Below the pieces are notes generated by a model. The model was not told the DNA's origin. It made no database searches and was given only the letters and a program-made list of their open reading frames with translations. This document shows positions 24,996-35,464 of a stretch of 64,000 nucleotides of DNA, piece by piece (positions within the stretch are counted from its first letter, which is position 1; each line of letters begins with the position of its first letter). Origin of the DNA: a virus. Where the stretch lies: the IMG/VR virus record IMGVR_UViG_3300043395_000558, positions 2,919-66,918 of that record, one strand, 5' to 3'. Both the position numbers and the translations under genes were made by a program.

Positions 24996-27797
24996 ATGGC
25001 TTTAGTTCTAAAAGACAGGGTCCAAGAATACACCACGACGACGGGTACATCTGACTTCGTCTTGGACGGAGCCGTCCTTTCATACCAAACTTTCTCAGCT
25101 ATTGGTAACACCAACACTACTTACTACACAGCGTTTGACCCCAATGCCGGGGATTGGGAAGTAGGTATTGGTACGTACTCCACAACTGGCCCAACGCTTA
25201 CCCGTGACACGATTCTGGCCTCCAGTGCAGGGGGCGCCAAGGTATCTTTTGCTGCTGGACAAAAGAACGTATTTGCCACATACCCGGCTGAGCGCTCAGT
25301 CAATCTAAATTCTGCGGGTACGTACATCACCCCGTCTACGTTTGACACGGTTACGGCCAACACGGCTACGCTGACTGCTGGCACGATCAGCACAACGCCG
25401 TCCAACAGCACGGACATTGTTAATAAGCAGTACGTTGACACAACGGCGGCAACATCTTTGCATTACCACGCCCCGGTCTATGTGGAGTCGCCTGATACGG
25501 CTGGAAACTTAAATGCTACGTATAACCAGCCCGGTGGTCCTGGAGTTGGCGTTAACGCCACGCTGACTAATGCCGGAACAAAAGCTGCGCTGACCATCGA
25601 CGGTATATTGATGACCGTGGGCAAGCGGGTTCTGATTTACAACCAGACCAATGCTTTTGAAAACGGGGTGTACACGGTTACCACTGTCGGAACGCCTGAC
25701 CCTGGCGGCACGAACTGGGTCTTGACCCGAGCAACAGACGCCGATACTTACTCTCCTAGCAGCCCTAATGCTTTGGGTCAGGGCGATGCGTTCTTTGTTA
25801 CGGCAGGTAACACGGGCGCTGGTGAGACGTATGTTTGCAATACGACTGGCACAATTACGTTTGGCACGACTGCAATCACCTTTGTCCAAATCTCCAGCGC
25901 TCAGGTGTACAACGCTGGCACGGGTCTAAACCTCAGTCCGGCAACTACGTTCAATATCTCGAATACCGGCGTGACTGCTACGACGTATGGCGGCGCATCT
26001 CAGATACCGACTATTGCGGTCAACGCTCAGGGGCAGATCACCAGCGCATCCAATACCACGGTATCGGTTGACTTGGCAACACAGGTCACGGGCAACTTGC
26101 CAGTAACCAACCTGAACAGCGGCACGAGCGCATCGGCTTCCACCTTCTGGCGGGGGGATGGTACTTGGGCTGTTGGTGTTTCTGGCCCGACAGGTCCGAC
26201 CGGACCCACTGGCCCAACGGGTACGGCAGCTACGATTGCTGTTGGTACTACTACAACTAGCCCGGCAGGTGGCAACGCCTCGGTTGTAAATAGCGGCTCG
26301 TCAAGCGCTGCGGTGTTCGACTTCACCATTCCAACTGGTCCGACTGGTCCGACTGGTCCTACTGGACCCACAGGCTTAACGGGACCTACTGGACCCACGG
26401 GCGCCCCCGGACCTACTGGCCCTACCGGCCCTACGGGTTTAACCGGTCCTACTGGTGCTCCTGGACCCACCGGCCCAACTGGACCGACAGGTCCAACCGG
26501 CCCCACGGGCCTTGGCTATGCAGGTTTGACCTCAACCTCGTCGGTTGCAATTGCTACAGGCTCTAAATCGTTTACCGTTAACCAAGCGCAAGGCACGAAT
26601 GCCTTTGTAGTTGGTCAATACATCCGCGTGTTTAATACCGCAACGCCAGCTAATTACATGGCGGGCACTATTACTGCGTATTCCAGCACAACGCTAACAG
26701 TCAGCGTAGACTCTATCGGCGGTTCAGGCACTTTTTCTGCGTGGACAATCACAGATACTGGATCACAAGGAGCTACCGGACCTACTGGACCCACTGGACC
26801 TACTGGACCCACTGGGACCACAGGAAGCCCCGGCCCGACTGGCCCTACTGGCCCAACCGGTCCGCCCGGACCTACAGGCTCCACTGGGCCAACCGGCCCC
26901 ACCGGCCCCACAGGTTTGGGTTACTCTGGATTGACTTCTACGTCATCGGTTGCTGTTGGTACGGGTTCTAAGACTTTTACAACAAACCTAGCTTCTACGG
27001 CTACCGCATTCACCGTGGGTGAATATGTGCGCGTGTTTAACACGGCAACGCCAGCCAACTACATGGATGGCACGATCACGGCGTTTAGTAGCACAACGCT
27101 AACTGTTAACGTCGCTAATACGGGCGGTTCTGGTACGTTTGCAGCTTGGACAATTGTGGCGGTAGGCGCTCAAGGCGCTACAGGTCCGACCGGTCCCACT
27201 GGACCTACTGGCGCACCTGGACCTACTGGCCCCACTGGCCCGACTGGTTTAACTGGCCCGACTGGGCCGGCTGGCCCCACGGGAACAGCTGCAACCATTG
27301 CGGTTGGTACTACAACGACTAGCCCTGCTGGCGGTTCTGCTAGTGTCACGAACAGTGGAACATCAAGTGCGGCTACCTTTAATTTTACAATTCCCACTGG
27401 TCCCACCGGACCAACTGGCGGAACTGGACCCACTGGGCCAACCGGACCAACCGGACCCACTGGACCCCCAGGACCGACCGGCCCATCTGGAGCAACTATT
27501 GTCCGTGCGTGGGTTAACTTCAACGGAAACGCGCCCGTGTCTACACGCGCAAGTTCAAACGTAAGTAGCGTGACTCGTAACAGCACGGGTCTGTACACGA
27601 TTGCTTTCACCAGTGGTTTGGGTGACGGCAACTACGTTGTACAGGGTACTGGGGGTAATAACTCTACCCAGCAGGCGGTAGTTTGCGTACCGTTTAACTC
27701 TACGGCGCCAAGTAGCGGTTCGTGTCAAATCCAGATTAACCAACAAAACGCGGGTTTGATTGACGTTAGTTGGGTAAGTGTTTCGTTTGTAAGGTAA
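24996..27797 (+). CDS. Collagen-like tail fibre
   Basis: [11 protein letters not shown] fibre N-terminus; five Gly-Pro-Thr tracts; C-terminal RAWVNF domain. Confidence 0.88.
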   Translation: MALVLKDRVQEYTTTTGTSDFVLDGAVLSYQTFSAIGNTNTTYYTAFDPNAGDWEVGIGTYSTTGPTLTRDTILASSAGGAKVSFAAGQKNVFATYPAERSVNLNSAGTYITPSTFDTVTANTATLTAGTISTTPSNSTDIVNKQYVDTTAATSLHYHAPVYVESPDTAGNLNATYNQPGGPGVGVNATLTNAGTKAALTIDGILMTVGKRVLIYNQTNAFENGVYTVTTVGTPDPGGTNWVLTRATDADTYSPSSPNALGQGDAFFVTAGNTGAGETYVCNTTGTITFGTTAITFVQISSAQVYNAGTGLNLSPATTFNISNTGVTATTYGGASQIPTIAVNAQGQITSASNTTVSVDLATQVTGNLPVTNLNSGTSASASTFWRGDGTWAVGVSGPTGPTGPTGPTGTAATIAVGTTTTSPAGGNASVVNSGSSSAAVFDFTIPTGPTGPTGPTGPTGLTGPTGPTGAPGPTGPTGPTGLTGPTGAPGPTGPTGPTGPTGPTGLGYAGLTSTSSVAIATGSKSFTVNQAQGTNAFVVGQYIRVFNTATPANYMAGTITAYSSTTLTVSVDSIGGSGTFSAWTITDTGSQGATGPTGPTGPTGPTGTTGSPGPTGPTGPTGPPGPTGSTGPTGPTGPTGLGYSGLTSTSSVAVGTGSKTFTTNLASTATAFTVGEYVRVFNTATPANYMDGTITAFSSTTLTVNVANTGGSGTFAAWTIVAVGAQGATGPTGPTGPTGAPGPTGPTGPTGLTGPTGPAGPTGTAATIAVGTTTTSPAGGSASVTNSGTSSAATFNFTIPTGPTGPTGGTGPTGPTGPTGPTGPPGPTGPSGATIVRAWVNFNGNAPVSTRASSNVSSVTRNSTGLYTIAFTSGLGDGNYVVQGTGGNNSTQQAVVCVPFNSTAPSSGSCQIQINQQNAGLIDVSWVSVSFVR

Positions 27798-27809
27798 CCA
27801 GAGTAGCCA

Positions 27810-28229
27810 ATGAACAAAGTCATTATTTTTAGAAATGAAAATGGCAGCGTTTCTCTCTGCTCTCCTACAGGTGAAATTACCGTAGAGCAAGTGCAGGCTA
27901 AAGATATACCTGCCGGAATCACGAGCTATATTGTTACAACCGATACGTTGCCTGAAGCAGACAATGATTTTTTTGATGCCTGGGTAATGCCGGAGCCCGG
28001 CATTGTGGCTGTTGATCTTGGACGCGCCAAAGAAATCACAAAAAACAGACTGCGGATAGAGCGCGAACCATTGTTTGTCGCCCTAGATGTTGCGTTTCAG
28101 CGGGCAATTGAAGCTGGTTCGGACACTTCCGCTATTGTTGCTGAGAAGCAGCGGTTGCGGGATATTACAAACCTTGTTTACCCCTGCACAACAACCGCCG
28201 AGTTGCGAGCCTTGAAAGTTACTGCATGA
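27810..28229 (+). CDS. Tail fibre assembly chaperone-like protein
   Basis: LDVAFQRA, EKQRLRDIT; follows the fibre gene. Confidence 0.7.
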   Translation: MNKVIIFRNENGSVSLCSPTGEITVEQVQAKDIPAGITSYIVTTDTLPEADNDFFDAWVMPEPGIVAVDLGRAKEITKNRLRIEREPLFVALDVAFQRAIEAGSDTSAIVAEKQRLRDITNLVYPCTTTAELRALKVTA

Positions 28230-28771
28230 GCCACCTTCCAATTTGGTACATGGGGGCGGTAGACCCGGACATTTGCGATAGGGCGGTTGAAGACTTTTGC
28301 ACGCTCCGCACCAGAGATGCCGCCATGGGCTCCGTAGGAGAAACCTTTGATCATAAGTACCGCAACACTACTGTTCGGTTTGCTGGGCCAAAGCATTGGT
28401 TTGAAGAGCACATGTTGCCGGTAGCTGCTTTGGGCAACGAGGTGTGCAAGTGGGACTTTAACGTCACAGACAACGAGCACATTCAGTTTGCCGAATACGG
28501 GCCAGAACAGCACTACAACTGGCATGCGGACACTTTTCCTTTGACCGGCAAGCCTATGGACCGCAAGATAACCGTGGTCTGTTTGCTTAACGAGCCGTCC
28601 GAATTCACTGGCGGAGAGTTCCAGATTCGGCTATATTCTGAATATACCGCTCCGTTGGTCAAAGGTTCCGTGATTGCATTTCCATCGTTTTTGGAGCATC
28701 GGGTAGTTCCGGTTACGTCAGGAATGCGTAAGTCGGCAACAATTTGGCTGGAAGGCCCTCGTTTTAGATAA
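28226..28771 (+). CDS. 2OG-Fe(II) dioxygenase (prolyl 4-hydroxylase-like)
   Basis: WHAD, GGEF, FPS..EHRV.PV..G.RKS: the HxD...H...RxS set. Confidence 0.9.
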   Translation: MSHLPIWYMGAVDPDICDRAVEDFCTLRTRDAAMGSVGETFDHKYRNTTVRFAGPKHWFEEHMLPVAALGNEVCKWDFNVTDNEHIQFAEYGPEQHYNWHADTFPLTGKPMDRKITVVCLLNEPSEFTGGEFQIRLYSEYTAPLVKGSVIAFPSFLEHRVVPVTSGMRKSATIWLEGPRFR

Positions 28772-28780
28772 GGACACAAC

Positions 28781-30154
28781 ATGTCTACATACTCTTCTGA
28801 TCTACGGATTGAACTGATTGCCAATGGCGCCCAGGCGGGTACTTGGGGCACAACGACCAATGACACTTGGGCATACGTTATTGACCCCGCTATCACGGGG
28901 TTTCAAACCGTGGCGGTCTCCAGTGCCAATCAGGCGCTAACTTATGTCAGCGGATCTACGTCCACGGCGTCAGCCAACCAGGCTATTTATGCTTCGTTGG
29001 CGTTCACGACCAGCACGGGCGCTAACTTCAATGTCTATGCTCCCCCTGCGCCCAAGCAGTACATCATATGGAACAACAGTTCGTACACGCTGACAATTTA
29101 CAACAGCACGGTAATCGGTAACACGACGGCTGCTGGCGCAGGTGCAGCAATTCCTGCCGGTAAAAAAGTCCAGGTGTTCAGTACTGGCACAAACTTCTAT
29201 ACGATTGAAGCGGCAAACCTGACAGGAACTCTGGCTATTGCTAACGGCGGCACTGGCCAAACTACCCAACAGGCCGCTATCAATGCCTTAGCTGGAGCTA
29301 CTACTTCTGCACAGTTTCTGAGGGGTAACGGCACAAACGTCGTGATGTCGGCAATCCAAGTGTCGGATGTCCCCACGTTGAACCAGAACACCAGCGGCAC
29401 TGCTGCTGGCCTTTCCGCAACTTTGGCTGTTAGTAGTGGTGGCACAGGGCAGACAACTCAACAAGCTGCCATTAACGCATTGGCTGGCGCCACGACCTCT
29501 GCGCAATTCTTGCGTGGTAACGGTACAAACGTTGTGATGTCGGCCATTCAAGTTGCGGATGTACCTACCCTTAACCAGAACACCACTGGACAAGCTGGTT
29601 CTGTTGCAAACTCTGTAACGTTCAATACGTCTGGCGGCGCGGCTGCTGGGTCGACATTCAACGGTTCCGCAGCACGCACGGTTGATTACTCAACGGTTGG
29701 GGCGCCGTCTACTACAGGTACTAACGCTTCGGGTACCTGGGGTATTAGTATCAGCGGTAACGCGGCCACAGCTACAAGTGCCACAAGCGCTTCGTCTGCA
29801 TCCACGGCTACTACGGCTACGGCACTGACAACAGCCACTGGCTCTGCGCCTTCCTACTCTGCACGCGCATGGGTTAACTTTGATGGGTTTACTGGTTCAT
29901 ACCGTACAGTTGGAAACGTAAGTAGCGTTACGCGTACTGGTACTGGGAAATACACAATTGCTTTTACTACGGCATTACCTGACGCAAATTACACATTTGC
30001 TGGCGGTGCAGGAAACAACACTACTCAAAACCTGTCCGTGTGTATACCGTATAACTTGTCGGTGCCAACCGCATCTGGCTGTGACGTGGAAACTAACCAG
30101 CAGAACGCCGGCCTGATTGATGGCTCGCTAGTCACGATTACTTTCTTCCGTTAA
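28781..30154 (+). CDS. Tail fibre protein
   Basis: GTWGTTTN N-terminus; ~64-aa tandem duplication; RAWVNF C-terminal domain. Confidence 0.82.
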   Translation: MSTYSSDLRIELIANGAQAGTWGTTTNDTWAYVIDPAITGFQTVAVSSANQALTYVSGSTSTASANQAIYASLAFTTSTGANFNVYAPPAPKQYIIWNNSSYTLTIYNSTVIGNTTAAGAGAAIPAGKKVQVFSTGTNFYTIEAANLTGTLAIANGGTGQTTQQAAINALAGATTSAQFLRGNGTNVVMSAIQVSDVPTLNQNTSGTAAGLSATLAVSSGGTGQTTQQAAINALAGATTSAQFLRGNGTNVVMSAIQVADVPTLNQNTTGQAGSVANSVTFNTSGGAAAGSTFNGSAARTVDYSTVGAPSTTGTNASGTWGISISGNAATATSATSASSASTATTATALTTATGSAPSYSARAWVNFDGFTGSYRTVGNVSSVTRTGTGKYTIAFTTALPDANYTFAGGAGNNTTQNLSVCIPYNLSVPTASGCDVETNQQNAGLIDGSLVTITFFR

Positions 30155-30168
30155 TTTGTGAGGTCTCG

Positions 30169-30579
30169 ATGAAAAACGTCATAATTTATACCGGCAAAAA
30201 CGGTGGAGTTTCAGTCTGCTACCCTTCTGGCGAACTGTCGCTGGAAGAAGTTTTGGCAAAAGATATCCCCGCTGGGGTTCAAAGCTATGTCGTTGATTAC
30301 GACACGCTGCCTACAGGCGATAACGATTTCTTTGATGCTTGGAAACTGTCTGGTGGAACTGTGACGGTTGACTTGACTAAGGCCAAAGCCCTGACAAAAG
30401 ACAGACTCCGGGCCGAGCGTGCGCCGTTGCTTGCTGCTCAAGATATTGCGTTTCAGCGGGCACAAGAAACAGGCGCTGATACTACTGCCATCGTTGCTGA
30501 AAAGCAGAGACTGCGCAACATAACAACGCTCGTCGATGCCTGCACGTCTACCACCCAATTGCGTGCGTTGCACTGTTAA
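30169..30579 (+). CDS. Tail fibre assembly chaperone-like protein (paralog of 27810-28229)
   Basis: AKDIPAG, DNDFFDAW, IVAEKQRLR shared. Confidence 0.72.
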   Translation: MKNVIIYTGKNGGVSVCYPSGELSLEEVLAKDIPAGVQSYVVDYDTLPTGDNDFFDAWKLSGGTVTVDLTKAKALTKDRLRAERAPLLAAQDIAFQRAQETGADTTAIVAEKQRLRNITTLVDACTSTTQLRALHC

Positions 30580-30585
30580 TCCAAT

Positions 30586-31140
30586 GTGGATCCGGTCACT
30601 GCTTTCACGATGGTCAGCGGCGCTATCTCAGGCGTTCGCAAACTTTGTGCTCTGGTTAAAGAAGCTCAGGCAGCTGGTAAAGAAGTAGCAGACCTGACAA
30701 GCCAAGTAACTCAGCATGTTGGTAAAGTACTTGAGCACACGCAGGAGTTGAAAAAAGCAGAACTTGAAGTTAAGAAGAACCCACCAAAGGGGAAATCGCT
30801 TCAAGTTCTTGCTTTTGAGGAGGTCGCTAGGAAGATTGAGTTGAGGCAGCAGTACGAACAACTGCGCAACATGATCGTATACGAGCTAGGGTTACCAGGC
30901 GGATTCTGGGCGGATTTTGAGGCGACGGTGCATCGGTTGGAGCAGGAACATGAACAGGAGATGGAACTAGCCGAGCAGATGCAAAGGGAACTGGAATGGC
31001 AACGCAGGGTCAAACTAGATCAAATGCAAGAGGTGGCCCTGGAGGTGGTAATCGTTCTGGTAATGCTGGCGTATCTGGTCGCTCTAATCTGGTCAGTAAT
31101 GTTGCACCAGAAGAACCGATTGGGGGTTTGGTTGGTATGA
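30586..31140 (+). CDS. Coiled-coil protein with C-terminal TM, in the lysis region
   Basis: MDPVT start; hydrophobic C-terminus. Confidence 0.65.
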   Translation: MDPVTAFTMVSGAISGVRKLCALVKEAQAAGKEVADLTSQVTQHVGKVLEHTQELKKAELEVKKNPPKGKSLQVLAFEEVARKIELRQQYEQLRNMIVYELGLPGGFWADFEATVHRLEQEHEQEMELAEQMQRELEWQRRVKLDQMQEVALEVVIVLVMLAYLVALIWSVMLHQKNRLGVWLV

Positions 31141-31283
31141 CGATAATGGCGTTTTTGTTTGCCATCATGTTGCCGGTGATGATGTTCATGTACATCGACA
31201 TGTATAAACTCAGGTTGGAGAACGAACGGATTACGCAGAAAATCGGTAAGTACCGACAATTGATTGAAAGGTGCGATAAGTGA
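31137..31283 (+). CDS. Small TM plus coiled-coil protein
   Basis: ATGA/GTGA overlaps; hydrophobic N-terminal half. Confidence 0.55.
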   Translation: MTIMAFLFAIMLPVMMFMYIDMYKLRLENERITQKIGKYRQLIERCDK

Positions 31284-31897
31284 GCGAACAGCAGGACAAA
31301 GCGCTAGGAGTTCTGGACAGGGTGCTGGCCTACGTGGACAGCCCGTTCAAGCTCATCGCCCTCCTGATCATGTTCGTGTTTGGGTTCTGCGCCTGGTTTG
31401 TTTATAGCAACCAGGAACTGCTGGTCGGAGCCTACAAGGAAAGCCAAAAGCTACCCAGCATCAACGAAGCACGGGCAGACGACGCGGCGGCAATCCTGTT
31501 CAAGTATGGCAACGCTCAGACTGTGGCTATCTTCAAGGTAAACCCGTTATTTGGCACCCGTGTCTTGTACCGGGCATATACAAAAGAAGGGCGTGATAAG
31601 CGCATGGAGGGAATCGATGTCGGTCTCTTTACCCAAAATCCCAACAATAACGCAGACGTTGTTAAGCTTATGGCAGGAGAGACGCCATGCGGTGATTACC
31701 ACAAGCCACAAAGCGAAATCGGCCTGTGGTACGTCGAGGTTGGTGTCACCTACGGTTGTCGTATCTCTGTACCACCCGACGCAACACGTTTCATTGGTCA
31801 AATTACCGTCGGGTTCAAAGATCGACCTGAGAGCATAGAGGACGCCCAGTCCATGTTGCTCATCGCTTCATCCATGTTAACCAAAAAGAGTTACTAA
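31280..31897 (+). CDS. Membrane-anchored protein with a globular (possibly GAF-like) domain, in the lysis cassette
   Basis: One N-terminal TM, then a ~160-aa soluble domain containing two Cys. Confidence 0.65.
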   Translation: MSEQQDKALGVLDRVLAYVDSPFKLIALLIMFVFGFCAWFVYSNQELLVGAYKESQKLPSINEARADDAAAILFKYGNAQTVAIFKVNPLFGTRVLYRAYTKEGRDKRMEGIDVGLFTQNPNNNADVVKLMAGETPCGDYHKPQSEIGLWYVEVGVTYGCRISVPPDATRFIGQITVGFKDRPESIEDAQSMLLIASSMLTKKSY

Positions 31898-32340
31898 TGG
31901 GACTATTAGACACACTTACCGGCGCCGCCAGCACTACCCCCATGGGAGCGTTGCTCAACGTGGGGAGCAAGATTCTCGACCGCGTTCTCCCCGACCCGGC
32001 GGCAAATGCTGCGGCCAAAGCGGAACTCCTGAAGATGGAGCAAGAAGGTGAGCTGGCCCGCCTGGCCAATGAAACCAAGCTGTACGAGACCGAGCAAAAC
32101 AATTTGACCAAACGCTTGGAAGCCGACATGGCCAGCGACTCGTGGCTATCTAAGAACATCCGCCCCATGACGCTTATTTTCTTGCTGCTTGCTTACAGCG
32201 GGTTTGCCGTGGCGTCAATGTTTAACTATGAAACCCGGGGCGCCTATGTTGAGTTGCTGGGGCAGTGGGGCATGCTGGTGATGTCCTTCTACTTTGGTGG
32301 CCGTACCCTGGAAAAAATTGCCGATAGGGTTAAAAAATGA
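31897..32340 (+). CDS. Holin (3TM/GTA-holin-like)
   Basis: SWLSKNIRP, FYFGGRTLEK; directly upstream of the endolysin. Confidence 0.8.
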   Translation: MGLLDTLTGAASTTPMGALLNVGSKILDRVLPDPAANAAAKAELLKMEQEGELARLANETKLYETEQNNLTKRLEADMASDSWLSKNIRPMTLIFLLLAYSGFAVASMFNYETRGAYVELLGQWGMLVMSFYFGGRTLEKIADRVKK

Positions 32341-32789
32341 ACCTCTCCGAACACTTTACCCTGGAAGAAGCCACGTACAGCGAGACGGCTATCCGCATGA
32401 ATATCAACAACCAGCCGGACGAGCGCCAACTGGAGAACATGAAGTCTGCTGCCGCCCAGCTTGAGGCTGTGCGTGCATTGTCGGGCCCCTTGCGAGTCAA
32501 CTCCTGGCTGCGCTTGCCTGATGTCAACGTGGCGGTGGGCGGCTCCAAAGTTTCCAGTCACATGGATGGCTGGGCGATCGACGTGTCTAGTTCCAAACAC
32601 ACCCCGCTGGAGCTTTGCCGTATGGTTGAGGGCGCCGGGATAAAATTCGACCAGATGATCCACGAGTTCGGGCGCTGGATGCACATCAGTTTTGCCCCCG
32701 AGATGCGCCAGCAGAAGCTGACGATCTTTAAGCCGGAGGGTAAGTACAAGGTTGGCATTTTGACCGAGGCGGACTATCATTCAGCCTGA
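32337..32789 (+). CDS. Endolysin, peptidase M15A
   Basis: HFTLEE, NVAVGG..SSHMDGWAID, WMHIS. Confidence 0.88.
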   Translation: MNLSEHFTLEEATYSETAIRMNINNQPDERQLENMKSAAAQLEAVRALSGPLRVNSWLRLPDVNVAVGGSKVSSHMDGWAIDVSSSKHTPLELCRMVEGAGIKFDQMIHEFGRWMHISFAPEMRQQKLTIFKPEGKYKVGILTEADYHSA

Positions 32790-32801
32790 TAGGGGGTCCC
32801 C

Positions 32802-34760
32802 GTGCCATTACAGAAACTTCAGTTCCGACCGGGTGTCAACCGGGAATCGACCACGTTGGCTAACGAGGGCGGTTGGTTCGAGTCCGATAAGGTTCGGTTC
32901 CGTTCCGGCTATCCCGAGAAGATTGGTGGCTGGGTCAAGGATACGGGCGTAGCGGACACCAATCCTCCGGCTACAGGTACTATCTGGGGCGTTTGCCGCT
33001 CCATGTGGAACTGGATTACGCTGTCTGCATACAATCTATTGGGTCTTGGCACAAACCTGAAATTTTATATCCAGGACGGCGCTAACGGCACTTTTTATGA
33101 TGTTACCCCCATTCGTCTAACCCACACGACTGTTGCCAACGCATTTACAACGGACGGCACTACAACAGTTATTGTGAACGACCCGGCCTATGGCGGGATT
33201 GACGGTGATTTTGTAACCATTTCCAATGTGTCTGGCGCTGTAAATGGAATCCCCGCCGCGTCTTTGAACGGTGAGTTTCGCATTACGTACATTGACTCAA
33301 GCCACTACTCCATCACGTCTCCGGTCACCGCAACATCAAGCGGTACTTCTACTGTTACGGCGGATTTTGCATATCAAATTAACACTGGCCTTGAAACATA
33401 CGGTTCTGGTGTTGGCTGGGGCGCTGGCGGATGGGGTGGTATTGGAGCAAGTACTACTTGGGGGTGGGGTTCTCCGGCTCCTGTTGGCATAGGTATTCAG
33501 CCCCGTGTCTGGAGTCAGGCAAACTTTGGCGAATACTTGATTTTCAACCCTCGCGGCGAACCGTTGTACATCTGGACGACAAACGCCAACCCAAACACGT
33601 TTGACCGCGCTCAGCTTCTTGGCCCAGGATCAAGCGTTACTACTCAGTACGGCGTCGTTACGGTAGATGCGTTCTGTCCGACGGTTGCAAACTTTGTCAT
33701 GGTGTCGGATGCTTCACGCTTTGTGCTGGCGTTTGGTGTAAACGATCCAGTCACTAGTATTCAAGACCCCATGCTCGTGCAGTGGTCGGACCAAGAAAGC
33801 TACGCTACCTGGGAACCGCTGGTCACAAACCAGGCGGGTAGCTATCGACTGAGCCGTGGGTCGGAGATCGTCACGGCGATTCAGACTCGTCAAGAAATTT
33901 TGGTGTTGACTGATGCAGCCGTTTATTCCATGCAGTATCTTGGCGCACCACTCGTCTGGGGCTTTCAAATCATGGGAGACAACATCTCCATCATGGGCCC
34001 CAACGCTATTGTTACAGTCAACAACATCACGTACTGGATGGGTGTCGACAAGTTCTACATGTACTCCGGTCGAGTGGAAACCCTTCCGTGCACCCTCCGT
34101 CAGTTTATCTATGACGACATTAACGTCCAACAGGGTTACCAGGTATTCGCGGGAACCAATGAGGGTTATAACGAAATCTGGTGGTTTTATTGCTCTGCTT
34201 CTTCTACCACGGTAGACAAGTATGTAGTTTATAACCACCTTGAGCGCACCTGGTACTACGGCACCATGACGCGCAGTTCTTGGCTGGACAGCCCGCTGCG
34301 ATCGCAGCCGATGGCGACACCGTACGCCAACTCCAACAGTTCTTTGGTCTATCACGAAACTGGGAACGATGATGGTACAACTAGTCCCGCTTCTCCGATT
34401 GTTGCTTACGTTCAGTCTTCCGATTTTGATATTGGTGACGGCCACAACTTTGGCTTTGTTTGGCGTCTGATCCCCGACATCACTTTTGACGGTTCGGACG
34501 TTAATCAACCTCAAGCCAATTTCACCGTGCGCCCGCGTCAATTTCCAGGCACCAACTACGGTACGTCGGATAACCCGGTGGTGGCCAGCACGCAGAATTA
34601 CTCTAGTGTTCGGTCTTACAACGTGCAACAGTTTACTGAGCAGGTCTACGTCCGTCTGCGTGGTCGTCAAATGGCGTTCCGTGTGGAGTCTGACCAGCTT
34701 GGCGTGTCGTGGCAGTTGGGAACCCCGCGCATGGACGTGCGCCCGGATGGTCGTCGATGA
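32802..34760 (+). CDS. Tail nozzle/DNA stabilisation protein (P22 gp10/tail tubular B-like)
   Basis: DKVRFRSGYPEKIGGW; propeller-like repeats (WSDQE, EIWWFY); PDGRR end. Confidence 0.7.
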   Translation: MPLQKLQFRPGVNRESTTLANEGGWFESDKVRFRSGYPEKIGGWVKDTGVADTNPPATGTIWGVCRSMWNWITLSAYNLLGLGTNLKFYIQDGANGTFYDVTPIRLTHTTVANAFTTDGTTTVIVNDPAYGGIDGDFVTISNVSGAVNGIPAASLNGEFRITYIDSSHYSITSPVTATSSGTSTVTADFAYQINTGLETYGSGVGWGAGGWGGIGASTTWGWGSPAPVGIGIQPRVWSQANFGEYLIFNPRGEPLYIWTTNANPNTFDRAQLLGPGSSVTTQYGVVTVDAFCPTVANFVMVSDASRFVLAFGVNDPVTSIQDPMLVQWSDQESYATWEPLVTNQAGSYRLSRGSEIVTAIQTRQEILVLTDAAVYSMQYLGAPLVWGFQIMGDNISIMGPNAIVTVNNITYWMGVDKFYMYSGRVETLPCTLRQFIYDDINVQQGYQVFAGTNEGYNEIWWFYCSASSTTVDKYVVYNHLERTWYYGTMTRSSWLDSPLRSQPMATPYANSNSSLVYHETGNDDGTTSPASPIVAYVQSSDFDIGDGHNFGFVWRLIPDITFDGSDVNQPQANFTVRPRQFPGTNYGTSDNPVVASTQNYSSVRSYNVQQFTEQVYVRLRGRQMAFRVESDQLGVSWQLGTPRMDVRPDGRR

Positions 34761-35428
34761 CTTTGTACGTTTACACCGAACAAGACCTGCAAAGGTTTGT
34801 TGCGCCACGCCTGGCAGCAGCCCCGGTCGAGTACGACCAGCGGTTCATGGATCAGTACACCAACATCCTGCGCCTGTACTTCAACCAGCTAGACGCATTC
34901 AAAAGTCAGCTTCAGACAACGACGGTATCGCCTAACGCCGACGGCACAAACATCTATTTCCCCAACGGGGCGTTTTCATCCTCTGCTTCTCAAACAGCGG
35001 TCAGCACTACGGCGGCGTACGACGTTACGTTTACCAACACTGATGCGTCTAATGATGTTTCGTTAGTGGGTGGGTACCAAGTAACTACTGCTAAGGCCGG
35101 GCGGTATAACTTTCAGTACAGTATCCAGTGCGCTAATCTGGCCAACTCCACGGAGTCTATTGACGTTTGGTTTCTTTATAACGGCGCCAACATACCGCGC
35201 TCCAACACCCGGATCGGCATGGCTGCACGTAAAAATCCGGCAACGCCGTTCTATGCAGTAGGCACAGTGAATTTGCTTGTTGACATGGCCGTAGGGGACC
35301 ACGTTAGCTTGCGGTGGAACACCACAAATACCAGCGCATTTATTCAAGCCGACCCCGCAGGAACGTCTCCCACACGCCCAGCGATACCGTCCGTAATCTT
35401 TACGGCAACGTTTGTGTCAAAGATCTGA
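34757..35428 (+). CDS. Tail tip/needle-like structural protein
   Basis: LRLYFNQLD helix plus a C1q/TNF-like beta C-terminus. Confidence 0.6.
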   Translation: MTLYVYTEQDLQRFVAPRLAAAPVEYDQRFMDQYTNILRLYFNQLDAFKSQLQTTTVSPNADGTNIYFPNGAFSSSASQTAVSTTAAYDVTFTNTDASNDVSLVGGYQVTTAKAGRYNFQYSIQCANLANSTESIDVWFLYNGANIPRSNTRIGMAARKNPATPFYAVGTVNLLVDMAVGDHVSLRWNTTNTSAFIQADPAGTSPTRPAIPSVIFTATFVSKI

Positions 35429-35464
35429 AAATGTTACGATTCAACCAATTTACAGGAGAGCACC

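Noticed and set aside
26027-27631. Minus-strand GPV-repeat ORFs that look like collagen
   Set aside because: Reverse complement of the GPT codons of the real fibre gene
27500-30154. Diversity-generating retroelement or invertible tail-tip system
   Set aside because: No reverse transcriptase or invertase; the copies are direct, both coding, and differences are not adenine-specific
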